Assembly: GCA_963664705.1 (NCBI GenBank)
Contig: OY761556.1
Span: 3,456,001 to 3,520,000 of the forward strand
Direction of reading: 5' to 3'
Source of the DNA: Acidobacteriota bacterium
GTDB taxonomy: Bacteria; Acidobacteriota; UBA6911
DNA: 64,000 nucleotides
Shown: piece by piece, positions 1 to 10,814 of the stretch
Numbering within the stretch: the stretch's first letter is position 1
Layout of the letters: the number at the start of each line of letters is the position of its first letter
Program-made: the position numbers and the translations under genes
The notes under the pieces: generated by a model
What the model was told of the DNA's origin: nothing
Seen by the model: the letters and a program-made list of their open reading frames with translations, nothing else
Databases searched by the model: none

Positions 1-1
1 G

Positions 2-172
2 GTTGTAACGCCAAAGCCGGAGCTGCGGAAAGGCCTCAAGTCGGGAGATTCCTTGGAAGGCTGGGTAGCTTTTGCCGTTTCGAAAGAGGATAAAGAGCCT
101 CTGATGCTTTATTCAGCCGACAGCGGCGGCGCCGTCGAACACGGCGGCGGAAAGTGGTTTTTGCTGAAATAA
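2..172 (+). CDS. 3' end of a truncated gene, DUF4352-like exported protein C-terminus
   Basis: Frame 2 reads VVTPKPELRKGLKSGDSLEGWVAFAVSKEDKEPLMLYS...KWFLLK* (TAA 170-172). The G..EGWVAF.V pattern resembles DUF4352. Confidence 0.55.
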   Translation, partial: VVTPKPELRKGLKSGDSLEGWVAFAVSKEDKEPLMLYSADSGGAVEHGGGKWFLLK

Positions 173-182
173 CCTCGGCTTG

Positions 183-1202
183 TTAAAAGCCGCGTGTATC
201 TGCGCTCCTGGTAAGTGCATCCATCTTCTGCGTCAGGTCTCGCCAGAATCGCGCCGTGTCAATCTCGGTAAGCCATTTGATTCGGCGACCGGTCTGCGGA
301 TGTTGAAAAGTCAGATCCGGCCGCAACTTCGGCCGAGGAACATCCTTGCCGCGCGCCATACCCAGGGCGTAGGCAACGACGGCTTCATCCCACACGACCC
401 AGGTTTCGGGCGCTACATATTTGGCAACAGTTTCCGGCTGGGTAGTCATGAAGTCATCCAGGATGGAATAAAGGTACTTGCCGATTGGGCCATGGGGCCC
501 TATCAATGCAAAAGCATCCTTTCGTGTGAGCCGGAGGCAGCGCGATGTCAACGCGCTGCTGCCCACAGCAATCGGCACGTCGGAATCAAGGATGATCTGC
601 CATGCCAGTGGATCATTCTTGACGTTAAAAACATCCCCTCCGCCAGGCCAGTCGTCAAAACCCATTGCGATCACGGTTACCCTCTGAACGATTGAGGGAT
701 CTTTGAGAATTGCAGCCGCAACATCGGTCCCAGCCCCGGTCAGAAAAACCGTAAGGGGGTTTGCTTTCGTAAATCCCGATGAAAGACGTATCAGACCTTC
801 AGCGGCCGCATTGCCTTGGACCATTGCAGGCTTCTTCAAAGGAATCGGCGAACCGGCAATGACCGGAATTCGCTTCGCTGATCGAGCCGGAAATACATGC
901 GCGATAACTTCAGCGGCTTTCCTTGCGCTGGTTGCCGGAGAAAATCCTACGGAGGACGCATGACTTGCCAAGACAGCCTTCAGTTCAATCTCCGGGCTCA
1001 GCAGCATGTGCGTCAGCGCCCATTGATCATCGATTTCCACGCCACAATCCGTCGACAAAACCGCCGGGATCGCCTTCGCCTGAATCCGTTTTGAAATTTC
1101 CGCTGCGGAACATTCCGCGGCGAGCAGGGGCAACAAGATCACTAAGAGGAACACCTGGTAGACAAAAGTAATACCGGACTGGCTTTTTCCCGCCATTTGC
1201 AC
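183..1202 (-). CDS. Nucleoside hydrolase (IU-NH family) with N-terminal signal peptide
   Basis: STDCGVEIDDQWAL Ca-binding-like motif, GAGTDVA, FNVKNDPLA and WD near the C-terminus; hydrophobic leader ending AECSAA. Confidence 0.8.
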   Translation of the reverse strand: MQMAGKSQSGITFVYQVFLLVILLPLLAAECSAAEISKRIQAKAIPAVLSTDCGVEIDDQWALTHMLLSPEIELKAVLASHASSVGFSPATSARKAAEVIAHVFPARSAKRIPVIAGSPIPLKKPAMVQGNAAAEGLIRLSSGFTKANPLTVFLTGAGTDVAAAILKDPSIVQRVTVIAMGFDDWPGGGDVFNVKNDPLAWQIILDSDVPIAVGSSALTSRCLRLTRKDAFALIGPHGPIGKYLYSILDDFMTTQPETVAKYVAPETWVVWDEAVVAYALGMARGKDVPRPKLRPDLTFQHPQTGRRIKWLTEIDTARFWRDLTQKMDALTRSADTRGF

Positions 1203-1205
1203 CCC

Positions 1206-3341
1206 TTATGACTGTCCAGCGCATTGTAGTTTTGCGGCTTCTCTTTCCAATACGTCCGTTCCCTTTTCCGCAAGTTCGAGTCTGCGATTCTTCGCAGGAC
1301 ATAGCCGCAGATAGCCCTTCGCCCACATCGCCAGAACATCTCCAAGTATGGCGTCATACTCCCGGTTGCGCTCGGCACCATACTGTTTCAGGGTTCTGAA
1401 ACCATGCGTACTCTTATTCAACCTGCCGCGAAGAATGTTCACGGCATTGGAGGGAGCAATCGGAGCCTCCGCCTGTGCATATAGCTGGAGAATGGCAATT
1501 CCCGTCTTTCGCGCTACCTCCCGATTGGAAAGCTCGCCCATCGTAAAAAATCTGTTTTCGGTCTGCCATAAAATGATCTCCGGCGCCGAGCCCGCACTTG
1601 CTTTTATGTTGGCCGCAGGAGAATCCATCGCCGAAACTCTGGTCACCTTCAATTGCCCAGGAACAGCATCCGGATTACTCCCAAGGACCTTGAAAGCCAG
1701 GGATTCCAGCTTGGAAACAGGCATACCTCGGAAAGCGCCATAGCCGGGAAAGTCGGCCCATACCGAACCAATTCGTTTGTCGCGACCGGCGAGGAAGGAG
1801 GCAAATTGTCTCGGCGATATCTTCCGATCTTTTCGATCGAACAGTTTTCGATTTAAAGCATAGATCCGGGCAATTTCATCATCGATAGCCGCCAAGCTCT
1901 CCTCCGAGGGCTGGCCGGCACAGGCTGAACAATTGCCACAACGATATTCCCGATGAGGGTTTTCTCCGAAATAGCGCAGGATGTGACTGCGATGACAGGC
2001 CGCGTCTTCACAATATCCAATCACTTCGTCCAGGCGTCTGTAATCCGCCCTTTTGCGGTTGTAGAGCGAAGCAAAGGAAACCGGGCTCATCCGCGCATCC
2101 GTACTGCGCCGCAATAATCCCTCTTCATCGCGCCAGACTCGCTTCTGCTCTGCAAGAAGCCAGAGCGCGACATTCAACTGTTCATCACTCAGATCCGCCA
2201 CGGACCGGACGCCGTCTGGAGTCGTTCCTTCCGGGGAAATCAGCGCGAGCACCTGCATCACCTGTTCCGGCGACGGATAACGGTTTTTGATAAAAAAATG
2301 CGATAGCGAAACATCCCGATCGCTGTAAAGCATAATGCAGCGCGCAGGATTTCCATCCCTCCCGGCACGACCGGCTTCCTGGTAATACGATTCCAGCGAT
2401 GACGGGTGCTGGAAGTGGATAACGGTTCGCACATTCGGCTTGTCAATTCCCATCCCGAATGCCACGGTGGCAACCGCCACAGGGTTTTCGCCGGAAAGCC
2501 ACCGGTCCTGAGCCCGATGCCGCGCATCCGCCCTCATTCCGGCATGATAAGCGACAGCTTTAAACCCATCGCCATTCAGATCCTCCGTGATGGCTTCCGC
2601 ATCCTTCCGGCGGCCCACATAGACAATATGGGAGGCGCTTCTGTCGGCCATTTTCAAGATGCGCCGAAGACGCCTCATTTTTTCCTTTGATTCGCAGCGG
2701 TGAACTTCAAAACGGAGATTCGGCCTGTCAAACGGAGCCACAAAAAGCAACGGATCCTGAAGCATTAGCCTGGATATAATTTCCTTACGCGTCGCAGGCG
2801 TCGCCGTAGCAGTCAGCGCCAATACCGGAGCGGGCCGAAGCGCTTCTACCATACTGGCCAGGGACAGATAGGAAGGTCGGAAATCATATCCCCACTGGTT
2901 TACACAATGGGCCTCATCCACAACAAAAAGTCCCGGCTTCAGCGCGAGAATCCTCTCTCGAAAACCGGAGTATTCAAACCGTTCGGGAGCCACGTAGATC
3001 AAACAGGCTTTCCCGCTGGAAGCCTGGGCGAGAGACTCGCGGACCTGATGACCGGACAGATTGGAGTGAATGGCCACAGCCAGCCCGCGGTTTTTGCGAT
3101 TAAACGCATCCACCTGATCCTTTATCAGTGCAATCAGGGGCGAAACCACGAGCGTGATTCCGGGTAAAATCGTGGCCGGCAGCTGGTAGGTCAGGGATTT
3201 CCCGCCCCCGGTGGGCATCACCCCCAAGGCATCCCGCCTCGACAAGGCTGCCTGCATCAGTTCCTGCTGCCCGGGAAGAAATGCTTCAAACCCGAACCTT
3301 TCTCGCAAAACTGGTCCCAATTGCGGTAAGGTCGTATCCAT
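1206..3341 (-). CDS. recQ: RecQ-family ATP-dependent DNA helicase
   Basis: [42 protein letters not shown] and Zn motif CGNCSAC. Start trimmed to ATG 3341 (MDTTLPQ), where the RecQ-like sequence begins. Confidence 0.92.
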   Translation of the reverse strand: MDTTLPQLGPVLRERFGFEAFLPGQQELMQAALSRRDALGVMPTGGGKSLTYQLPATILPGITLVVSPLIALIKDQVDAFNRKNRGLAVAIHSNLSGHQVRESLAQASSGKACLIYVAPERFEYSGFRERILALKPGLFVVDEAHCVNQWGYDFRPSYLSLASMVEALRPAPVLALTATATPATRKEIISRLMLQDPLLFVAPFDRPNLRFEVHRCESKEKMRRLRRILKMADRSASHIVYVGRRKDAEAITEDLNGDGFKAVAYHAGMRADARHRAQDRWLSGENPVAVATVAFGMGIDKPNVRTVIHFQHPSSLESYYQEAGRAGRDGNPARCIMLYSDRDVSLSHFFIKNRYPSPEQVMQVLALISPEGTTPDGVRSVADLSDEQLNVALWLLAEQKRVWRDEEGLLRRSTDARMSPVSFASLYNRKRADYRRLDEVIGYCEDAACHRSHILRYFGENPHREYRCGNCSACAGQPSEESLAAIDDEIARIYALNRKLFDRKDRKISPRQFASFLAGRDKRIGSVWADFPGYGAFRGMPVSKLESLAFKVLGSNPDAVPGQLKVTRVSAMDSPAANIKASAGSAPEIILWQTENRFFTMGELSNREVARKTGIAILQLYAQAEAPIAPSNAVNILRGRLNKSTHGFRTLKQYGAERNREYDAILGDVLAMWAKGYLRLCPAKNRRLELAEKGTDVLEREAAKLQCAGQS

Positions 3342-3350
3342 GGCTGCTGA

Positions 3351-3359
3351 ATTGTAGCA
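3351..3359 (-). promoter_or_regulatory. Extended -10 element (TGcTACAAT) for recQ
   Basis: Reverse complement of attgtagca; 9 nt upstream of ATG 3341. Confidence 0.45.
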
Positions 3360-3498
3360 AGCCTTCTCGCATAATACTTTATAATTTAGAGTTTGGATCA
3401 GACCGCAATGCGGTGACGCGAGGCCGCATCCATGAGCCGCAGGCGCCCGCCAGCGGCGGACCGGATGCACATCGGACAGGAGAATCACAATAGCGCGC

Positions 3499-5670
3499 AT
3501 GCTGACACAACTTCAAAAGGACAAGGCACTGCAGTTTGTACGCTCCCTCAAAGCCAGCAGCTTTACTTTCCGGGATTTGGTTCGCGTACTGGATCTCGAA
3601 AGTGACGAGCGCCGAAGTCTGCAGCGGTACCTGGACGATCTGGATGCCGATGGAATCATTCACCGCATCAAACGCGGCCGCTATTCGCTTCCGGCCAGGG
3701 AAAACCTGGTTGCCGGCACATTGAGCTGTCATCGCGATGGATACGGTTTTTTGATCCCCGATGACCGGAGCGTCCATAAGGAGGACATCTTCATCCCGGC
3801 GAGGAACATGGAGGATGCGCTGCATGAAGATCGCGTCCTGGTAAAGGTGGCCACCAAAAAGAAACCAATCCGGAGAAACTCCCGCGGACGCCGTATCGAT
3901 CGGAGTGAAGAAAAAGAGAGATTGGAGGGCACTGTCGTCAGAGTGCTGGAACGGAAGCACCCGACGATCGTCGGGCGCTATTATGCGCACCCGCGCTTCC
4001 CCTTTGTCGTTCCAATCGATTCGCGGCTGTTTCACGAGATCCGAATTCCAATGCAAAGCATAAAAGGAGCCGAGGATGGTCAGATTGTCGTGGTGGAAAT
4101 CACCCTGACAACCGGCAGGAATCAGACCGGCCGCATCATTGAGGTATTGGGGTACCCGGATGATCCGGAGATCGAATACAAAATCGTTGTGCATAAGTTC
4201 GGGCTGCCGGTCGACTTCACGCCCGAAGCCATCCGCGCATCAGAGGAAATGCCGAATCGCGTTACGGATGCGGAATATGTGGAACGGGAAGACTTCCGCA
4301 ACGAAATTGTAGTAACCATCGATGGCGAAACGGCCCGGGACTTTGATGATGCGGTGGGCCTCAAGAAGCTCGAATCAGGAAATTATCTTCTCTCTGTGCA
4401 TATCGCCGACGTATCCCATTATGTTCAAGAAGGGACCGCAATTGATTCTGATGCTTACGCGCGGGGAACCTCTGTGTATTTCCCGGACCGATCCATTCCA
4501 ATGCTGCCACCGCTGCTGTCCAGCGGGATCTGCAGCCTGAAGCCGGGCGTGGACCGGCTGGTTTTTTCCGCTCTGTTGGAGGTTGACCCCAAGGGCCGGG
4601 TGATCAGGCAGCGCTTTGTGAATGGCGTGATTCGCAGCCGGGAAAGGATGACCTACACCTCCGTTGCCAAAATCCTCATAGACCGTGATCCTGGCGAGAT
4701 GGCCCGCTATTCGGAATTGATCCCTTTATTTGAAATGATGGAGGAATTGTGCCGGATTCTATCGAAAAAAAGATATCGGAGAGGCTCCATTGACTTTGAT
4801 TTGCCGGAAGCGGATATCGAATTCGGTGACAACGGAAAAGTCCTGCGGATTGTCCCTGCCGACCACAATGTTGCACACCGGATCATTGAGGAATTCATGC
4901 TTCTGGCAAACGAATGCGTGGCGGGCAAACTGGCCGCCTCCGGCGGTCCCGCTTTATATCGCATCCATGAGAAACCCGATTCGGGAAAGGTCGATGAATT
5001 CGCGGAGTTCGCGCTGGCACTCGGATACAGGCTTGAGAAACAGGATGGAGAGTACAAGCCCAGAAATTTCCAGAAATTTATCGCACAGCTCGAAGGCAAG
5101 CAGGAACAACGGTTTCTTGCTTACCTGATGCTGCGTTCATTTATGCAGGCGCGCTACTCCGAAACGAACGTGGGGCATTTTGGTCTGGCAACGGCAGAGT
5201 ATACGCATTTCACCTCTCCGATCCGACGCTATCCGGACTTAATGGTCCATCGCTTCCTGAAGGCGGCCTTGGGAGAACACCGTCCTTCCGGCTGGAGCGA
5301 ACATATGAAGACGCAACTCCCCGAAATCGCCATCCATACGTCTACCCGTGAACGTGTTGCCAACGAAGCGGAACGCGAAATCGAGAAAATCAAGAAAGTG
5401 CAATTTATGGCCGACAAAATCGGCGAGGCATTTGAGGCTACGGTTCTTTCGGCAAACCGGCAGGGCTTTTTTGTGGAATTGCTGGATCATTATGTAGAAG
5501 GTTTTGTACCTGCAGGTACCCTGATAGACGACTATTACGAATACAAAGAAAAGACCCACTCGTTTGTAGGGGAACGAAGGAAGCGGCGTTTTCAATTGGG
5601 ATCCAAGGTTCGTGTGCGCCTGGATAATGCGGACAGAGAGACTGCGCGGCTTACCTTCTCCGTTGTTTAG
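3499..5670 (+). CDS. rnr: Ribonuclease R
   Basis: N-terminal HTH, cold-shock domains (HRDGYGF), RNB catalytic [26 protein letters not shown] and C-terminal S1. Confidence 0.96.
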   Translation: MLTQLQKDKALQFVRSLKASSFTFRDLVRVLDLESDERRSLQRYLDDLDADGIIHRIKRGRYSLPARENLVAGTLSCHRDGYGFLIPDDRSVHKEDIFIPARNMEDALHEDRVLVKVATKKKPIRRNSRGRRIDRSEEKERLEGTVVRVLERKHPTIVGRYYAHPRFPFVVPIDSRLFHEIRIPMQSIKGAEDGQIVVVEITLTTGRNQTGRIIEVLGYPDDPEIEYKIVVHKFGLPVDFTPEAIRASEEMPNRVTDAEYVEREDFRNEIVVTIDGETARDFDDAVGLKKLESGNYLLSVHIADVSHYVQEGTAIDSDAYARGTSVYFPDRSIPMLPPLLSSGICSLKPGVDRLVFSALLEVDPKGRVIRQRFVNGVIRSRERMTYTSVAKILIDRDPGEMARYSELIPLFEMMEELCRILSKKRYRRGSIDFDLPEADIEFGDNGKVLRIVPADHNVAHRIIEEFMLLANECVAGKLAASGGPALYRIHEKPDSGKVDEFAEFALALGYRLEKQDGEYKPRNFQKFIAQLEGKQEQRFLAYLMLRSFMQARYSETNVGHFGLATAEYTHFTSPIRRYPDLMVHRFLKAALGEHRPSGWSEHMKTQLPEIAIHTSTRERVANEAEREIEKIKKVQFMADKIGEAFEATVLSANRQGFFVELLDHYVEGFVPAGTLIDDYYEYKEKTHSFVGERRKRRFQLGSKVRVRLDNADRETARLTFSVV

Positions 5671-5752
5671 CGCCTGCCCACGAATAACGTATAAATTTAG
5701 CTGCTGGCGCGCGGGCCCGTTGACAAGGACGAAGGTCAACCTCCGGCAAACT

Positions 5753-7159
5753 CTAAGTCTGAAACGCTCGACAGAGGCCTTCCATCAGGGTTCGTTCCTG
5801 CGATGGGAAAATCGTGCGCAGATCTATGAGGAGCTTGTCTTCCTCCACTCGCAGGACGATTGGAGGATCCTGCGCCCGCAGTCTTGATTCCGCAAGGTTG
5901 GGTCTCGTGCGCTCGGATTCAACAGCCACCAGCGTGGTTGGAAGATGGCATTCCGGACAGGAACCCCCTCCGACCACCGAATCGCCGGGAATCAAGGTGA
6001 CGCGTACATCCCGCGGCAGCTGGCTTCTCAGCCTTCGGGAAAAGGCCACCGCCCGCCGGCGCAATTCCTCCTGCGTCATGGCAATCATCCGCACGACCGG
6101 AATCTCCTCCCATGCTCGGCCAAAGCGGTAGCTCTGCAGGGTAGCTTCCAGTGCCCCGTAAATCAGCTTCTCGACCCGATAAGTGCGCATCAGGGGATTC
6201 CGCCGTATTGGATCCACCAGCTTTTTTAAGCCCGCGATAATACCGGCCTGCGGGCCGCCAAGCAACTTGTCGCCACTGAAACAGACAAGATCGACTCCGG
6301 CGGCAATGCTCTCATGTACAAGCGGCTCATCGACAATCCCGTAAGGACGAAGATCGACCAGGCAACCGCTCCCGATATCCTCCACAAGCGGAATCCCCGA
6401 TTTGCGGGACAGTTCCACCATCGCGGGCAGGTCGGGCCTTTCGGTAAAGCCAACCATACGATAGTTGCTTGGATGGACGCGCAGCAGCAATGCCGTGTTG
6501 GGTCCTATTGCCTCGGCGTAATCCTGAATTCGGGACTTGTTTGTGGTCCCCACTTCACGCAGAACGGCCCCGCTGCGCAGCATAATATCGGGAATGCGGA
6601 ACGAGCCGCCGATCTCTACCAGTTCTCCCCGGGACACAATAACCTCTTTCCCCGACGCCAGTGCGTTCAGTATGAGGTAAACCGCAGCCGCATTATTGTT
6701 TACGACTGTGGCGGCTTCGCACTTGAGAACTTCCTGCAGCAGGGATTCAATCAATTTGTCCCGGTGGGATCTCTCTCCGGTCAGAATTTCGTATTCTAGG
6801 TTTGTATAATTTACGGAAAATGCCGATAAACTCTGTTGAGCGGCAGAAGAGAGAGGGGCACGTCCGAGATTGGTATGGAGAACAACGCCAGTTGCATTGA
6901 TAACCGTCCTCAAATTTGGCACAAGACGTTTTTTGAGAGCATCGATAAGGACGGATTCGACTTTTTCCGGGGAGATATCCTCGGCGGAGATATTGTCGTT
7001 GCGGATCAGGCTGCGCACGCCCTCAAGCGCTTTCTGAATTTCCGAGACAACAAATTCGCGGCTGGTGTGCTCGACCCAGGAAGCGATCGCGGGACGCAAA
7101 AGAAGCAGATCCACTGCCGGTATCTGTCTGAAAAGACTCTGCTGGTCGGGTTTTGTCAT
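5753..7159 (-). CDS. selA: L-seryl-tRNA(Sec) selenium transferase
   Basis: INATGVVLHTNLGRAPL, VNNNAAA, SRGELVEIGGSFRIPD, EVGTTN and PLP motif FSGDKLLGGPQAG. Confidence 0.97.
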   Translation of the reverse strand: MTKPDQQSLFRQIPAVDLLLLRPAIASWVEHTSREFVVSEIQKALEGVRSLIRNDNISAEDISPEKVESVLIDALKKRLVPNLRTVINATGVVLHTNLGRAPLSSAAQQSLSAFSVNYTNLEYEILTGERSHRDKLIESLLQEVLKCEAATVVNNNAAAVYLILNALASGKEVIVSRGELVEIGGSFRIPDIMLRSGAVLREVGTTNKSRIQDYAEAIGPNTALLLRVHPSNYRMVGFTERPDLPAMVELSRKSGIPLVEDIGSGCLVDLRPYGIVDEPLVHESIAAGVDLVCFSGDKLLGGPQAGIIAGLKKLVDPIRRNPLMRTYRVEKLIYGALEATLQSYRFGRAWEEIPVVRMIAMTQEELRRRAVAFSRRLRSQLPRDVRVTLIPGDSVVGGGSCPECHLPTTLVAVESERTRPNLAESRLRAQDPPIVLRVEEDKLLIDLRTIFPSQERTLMEGLCRAFQT

Positions 7160-7165
7160 GCGGGC

Positions 7166-7194
7166 ATTTCAACACAGCGGCATTGGCCTGTCAA
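7166..7194 (-). promoter_or_regulatory. Sigma70-like promoter for selA (TTGACA-17 nt-TGAAAT), possibly leaderless
   Basis: Perfect TTGACA, 17-nt spacer, imperfect -10 preceded by TG; only 6 nt separate the -10 from the ATG. Confidence 0.4.
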
Positions 7195-7253
7195 TCCCGG
7201 CGACAGGGACGATCTGAGATACCCTTGCCGGCGGTGCGGGGATTAGTGAGACT

Positions 7254-7820
7254 ATGCACGACGAAGACCTGTCAAATCTGGATAATTGGCTTCGGCAACT
7301 GAAGATCGAATACCACGTCTTCTTTTCCGGAAACCGCAAAAAGCCGCCGGATGATCTTAAATTCCGGGTCGAAAAACTGGTAAAAAAACTTTCGGAAAGC
7401 AGCGACCTGACCTTTTCCGAACGGTTTCGCTTCAACACCCTGATCACACGCTATTACGTATACAGGGATCTATGGCGACGAACTCAGCAAGCCAAGGAAA
7501 TGGGAGCAGAGCCCAAGCAGGAATCCAAAGCAGCAACACAATCCGACGCCAAGGCGCGCACTGCGCCGGTCGAAGCGGTCCGCATTTCGATTTCGGATCC
7601 TAAGAGCGAAGAGGAGAAAGTGAAGCTTCTCTATGCCGCACTGCTGCGGATCAAGCGGTCGGAGTCAGGAGAGACACCTATATCCTATGCTCAATTTGCC
7701 AAATATATTTCCACGCAAGCTCGTGGCATCCAGGAGAAATACGGATGCGCGACTGTCGCCTTTACAATCGCAGTCGATGAAGATGCGATTCGATTTACCG
7801 CGACCGCGGATAATCGCTAG
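7254..7820 (+). CDS. Hypothetical protein resembling the MXAN_5187 C-terminal-domain family
   Basis: [17 protein letters not shown] and RFRFNTL N-terminal pattern, linker, then a C-terminal VKLLY...F...GC..V.F.I domain. Confidence 0.6.
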   Translation: MHDEDLSNLDNWLRQLKIEYHVFFSGNRKKPPDDLKFRVEKLVKKLSESSDLTFSERFRFNTLITRYYVYRDLWRRTQQAKEMGAEPKQESKAATQSDAKARTAPVEAVRISISDPKSEEEKVKLLYAALLRIKRSESGETPISYAQFAKYISTQARGIQEKYGCATVAFTIAVDEDAIRFTATADNR

Positions 7821-8050
7821 CCGGCAGCTTCGTGCTTTTGAGGTTCCATCCGTACCACATGCTCTGCCTGTGGACCGCGGGGCCCCAGTTTCACATCAAA
7901 TTCTACCTGTTCCCCTTCACGCAGAGTGCGATATCCCTTTTCCTGGATCGAACTGTAATGAACGAAAACATCCGCTCCTGTCGGTTGAGAGATAAAACCG
8001 TATCCCTTTGTGTTGTTAAACCACTTCACTGTGCCCGTAATCTTGCCCAT
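7817..8050 (-). CDS. Cold-shock protein (CspA family)
   Basis: [15 protein letters not shown] and DVFVHYS RNP1/RNP2 motifs; ATG 8050 with AGGGG upstream; 4-nt convergent overlap with the previous gene. Confidence 0.95.
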   Translation of the reverse strand: MGKITGTVKWFNNTKGYGFISQPTGADVFVHYSSIQEKGYRTLREGEQVEFDVKLGPRGPQAEHVVRMEPQKHEAAG

Positions 8051-8173
8051 AAATACATTCCCCTGTAAAAACCTGACGACACCTTTACGCCATCCGTGGC
8101 AGGCGTACACATCAAGCACCGCCCCGAAAGGCAAATCCGGCTATCTAAGACAAAATACTAGAGATTTGGGAGA

Positions 8174-8202
8174 AGCCTATTTTGGATATTTCGATTTGTC
8201 AA
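8174..8202 (-). promoter_or_regulatory. Sigma70 promoter of the csp gene (TTGACA-17 nt-TAGGCT)
   Basis: Consensus -35, 17-nt spacer, TANNNT -10; implies a 5' UTR of about 115 nt, typical for csp genes. Confidence 0.65.
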
Positions 8203-8329
8203 GCAGAAAAAGAGGCGCCGTCCGACACGAGACAAACGCTCAAATCAAAACAAACCTGAAGCGACTGCTGATTTCCGGAATCGCAATGCGTATACTGTGG
8301 ATTCAACCCACTTACCCGGGAGGTAATGC

Positions 8330-9895
8330 GTGGTCCACATTCACAGAGCTTTGGTCAGCGTTTCAGACAAATCGGGACTTGCCGAGTTGTCAAAAGTGCT
8401 TTACGAAATGGGCGTCGAGATCATTTCGACCGGAGGTACGGCTAACTTTTTGCGCGATCAGAAGATCCCCGTAGTGGACATTTCGGAGCATACAGGCTTC
8501 CCCGAGATTCTGGATGGACGGGTCAAAACACTGCACCCGCGAGTTCATGGTGGATTGCTCGCCATCAGAGGGAAAGCTTCGCATCAGGCCCAGATGAAGG
8601 AACAAAATATCCAACCTATCGATATGGTAATCGTAAACCTCTATCCGTTCCGGGAGACGGCAGCCCGAGAAGGGGTGCATTACGAGGAGGTTGTCGAACA
8701 GATCGATATCGGGGGCCCCAGCATGATCCGGTCCGCCGCGAAGAACCACGCGGGTGTCGCGGTGGTCACCGACCCGCGGGACTATGGATGGATCATGGAA
8801 GAGCTTCGCAAGAACAACGGAGCCCTGAGCGATACGACCCGGTTCATCCTCGCGCAGAAGGCATTTGCCTCAACAGCATCCTACGACAGTGCCATTGCTG
8901 CATGGTTTGCCGAAAGGGTCTGGTCCCCCGAAGGCGCCCAAAAAGAAACCGGCGGGCTGCCGGCATCGGAGGTGGTCGCCCTGGAAAAAATCACCGACCT
9001 CCGCTACGGAGAGAACCCCCATCAGCGAGCGGCACTCTATCGCCGGAGCAATGATCCGATGTTCGGCGTAGCGGGAGCAGAGGTCCTTCATGGAAAAGAG
9101 CTTAGCTATAACAACCTCCTCGACTCTGACGCCGCCTGGAATCTGGTAGTCGAGTTTGATAAAGCCGCGGCTTCTGTCATAAAGCACACGAACCCGTGCG
9201 GGATGGCTCAGGCGGACAGGCTCGTTGACGCTTACACGCTTGCCCGAGACAGCGATCCCGTGTCGGCTTACGGCTCGGTTGTCGCGTTCAACCGGGCGAT
9301 TGATCGGGATACGGCGGAGGAGCTGAACAAAACCTTCGTGGAAGTCGTGCTCGCACCCGATTTTGCAGAGGACGCGCTTGCCCTATTGAAGCAGAAAAAG
9401 AATCTCCGCCTCCTCAAAGTAAACAGAAAGACCCCCATAACCCTGCAACACCGTCAAATCGGCGGGGGCTTCCTCGTTCAGGATGCCGATATGTATTCGC
9501 TGAGGCCGGAGGAAATGAAGGTGGTAACCAAACGCGCACCGACCAAAGAGGAAATGGAAGCGCTCCTCTTCGGATGGCGCGTAGTGAAGCATGTAAAATC
9601 GAACGCTATTGTCTTCACGGATGCTATGAGAATGCTTGGAATTGGGGCCGGCCAGACCAGCCGCGTGGATGCCGTTAAATGGGGAGCCATGAAAGCAACT
9701 CTTCCACTGGAAGGGAGTTCCATGGCATCGGACGCATTTTTTCCATTCGCGGATGGCCTGGTAACCGCTGTAGGCTATGGTATCCGTTCGGTCATTCAAC
9801 CTGGAGGATCTGTCCGTGATGCTGAAGTCATTGAGGCAGCGGATGCTCATGGGGTTGCCATGATCTTCACCGGTATTCGCCACTTCAAACACTAG
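8330..9895 (+). CDS. purH: Bifunctional AICAR transformylase / IMP cyclohydrolase
   Basis: RALVSVSDK, GRVKTLHP, IDIGGPSMIR, LRYGENPHQ, KHTNPCG, SDAFFPF, GIRHFKH; GGAGG RBS before GTG. Confidence 0.98.
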   Translation: MVHIHRALVSVSDKSGLAELSKVLYEMGVEIISTGGTANFLRDQKIPVVDISEHTGFPEILDGRVKTLHPRVHGGLLAIRGKASHQAQMKEQNIQPIDMVIVNLYPFRETAAREGVHYEEVVEQIDIGGPSMIRSAAKNHAGVAVVTDPRDYGWIMEELRKNNGALSDTTRFILAQKAFASTASYDSAIAAWFAERVWSPEGAQKETGGLPASEVVALEKITDLRYGENPHQRAALYRRSNDPMFGVAGAEVLHGKELSYNNLLDSDAAWNLVVEFDKAAASVIKHTNPCGMAQADRLVDAYTLARDSDPVSAYGSVVAFNRAIDRDTAEELNKTFVEVVLAPDFAEDALALLKQKKNLRLLKVNRKTPITLQHRQIGGGFLVQDADMYSLRPEEMKVVTKRAPTKEEMEALLFGWRVVKHVKSNAIVFTDAMRMLGIGAGQTSRVDAVKWGAMKATLPLEGSSMASDAFFPFADGLVTAVGYGIRSVIQPGGSVRDAEVIEAADAHGVAMIFTGIRHFKH

Positions 9896-9901
9896 GAAAT
9901 G

Positions 9902-9942
9902 GCGCGGACAGGTGCGCACCGATAATCCGCACCTGTCCGCGT
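9902..9942 (+). terminator. Strong hairpin after purH (terminator or stabiliser)
   Basis: 15-bp stem gcgcggacaggtgcg / cgcacctgtccgcgt; no clear U-tract. Confidence 0.55.
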
Positions 9943-9970
9943 ATAGCAGTGACGGGTTGTAAAGCTTTGT

Positions 9971-10756
9971 ATGTCGAATCGTTTCGAATCTTTTCCGAAC
10001 CGCCAGGGATCCCAGCCAGAAAATTCCGGTTTCGAACGGAGAAAGAATGGCGTTCCCAACGGGAATAGCCACCCGGATTTTGCTGCCATGACGCTGCAGC
10101 AGACCAGAACCGAGTTGCTCCATGCCGCGGGAAAGTCCTGGGATGCTCTGCTTGAAACGCTGCGGGCCCTGGCCTGTGCCAGCGACAGCATGGATCTTCA
10201 CACCCAAGGACATTCTGAGCGCGTGACCCGCTTTTCCGTTGAAATCGGAAAGATTCTGGGTCTTCCGGAAGATGAAATCGAACAAATCCGCGTAGGGGCG
10301 CTGGTTCATGACATTGGAAAAATTGCCATCGACCGCCGGATTCTGGCCAAACCGACTCTTCTCACTGATGCGGAATATGCGGTAATGAAAACACACACGC
10401 TCCGTGGATGCGAGTTGCTGGAAGGCATTCCGCAACTGGAGTCCGCACTGGAAGCGGTGCGGCACCATCATGAACGGCTGGATGGGAAGGGATATCCCTG
10501 CGGGTTGAAGGGGCAAACCATCCCGCGGGTTGTCCGGGTGATTGCCGTTGCAGATTGCTTTGATGCAATGACAACAACACGGATTTATCAGGATCCCGCA
10601 CCAGTGGATCAGGTTCTTGGAATGATACGAGCCTCCGCCGGCATCAAGTATGATGCGCGCGTGGTTGAAGCGCTCGCACAAGGTGTGCAATCCGGCCGCA
10701 TTGTTGCCCGTTCAGAGGATAGTTCGCAGAATAAACCCGAATCTTTACATCCATGA
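9971..10756 (+). CDS. Stand-alone HD-GYP domain protein (putative cyclic dinucleotide phosphodiesterase)
   Basis: TQGHSERV, VHDIGK, HHHERLDGKGYP, VADCFDAMT. Confidence 0.9.
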   Translation: MSNRFESFPNRQGSQPENSGFERRKNGVPNGNSHPDFAAMTLQQTRTELLHAAGKSWDALLETLRALACASDSMDLHTQGHSERVTRFSVEIGKILGLPEDEIEQIRVGALVHDIGKIAIDRRILAKPTLLTDAEYAVMKTHTLRGCELLEGIPQLESALEAVRHHHERLDGKGYPCGLKGQTIPRVVRVIAVADCFDAMTTTRIYQDPAPVDQVLGMIRASAGIKYDARVVEALAQGVQSGRIVARSEDSSQNKPESLHP

Positions 10757-10814
10757 TTTGGCAGAGCATGTGACCCAGGACGTTGCATGTTTCGCTGTTT
10801 TCACATAATTCAGT

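Noticed and set aside
7160-7253. tRNA-Sec (selC) next to selA
   Set aside because: No cloverleaf, UCA anticodon arm or T-loop on either strand; the gap reads as a divergent promoter region.
8210-8329. ZTP or purine riboswitch upstream of purH
   Set aside because: The GACUGGCG...CGCCUGGG consensus is absent, and a TATACT -10-like element at 8291 leaves only a short leader.
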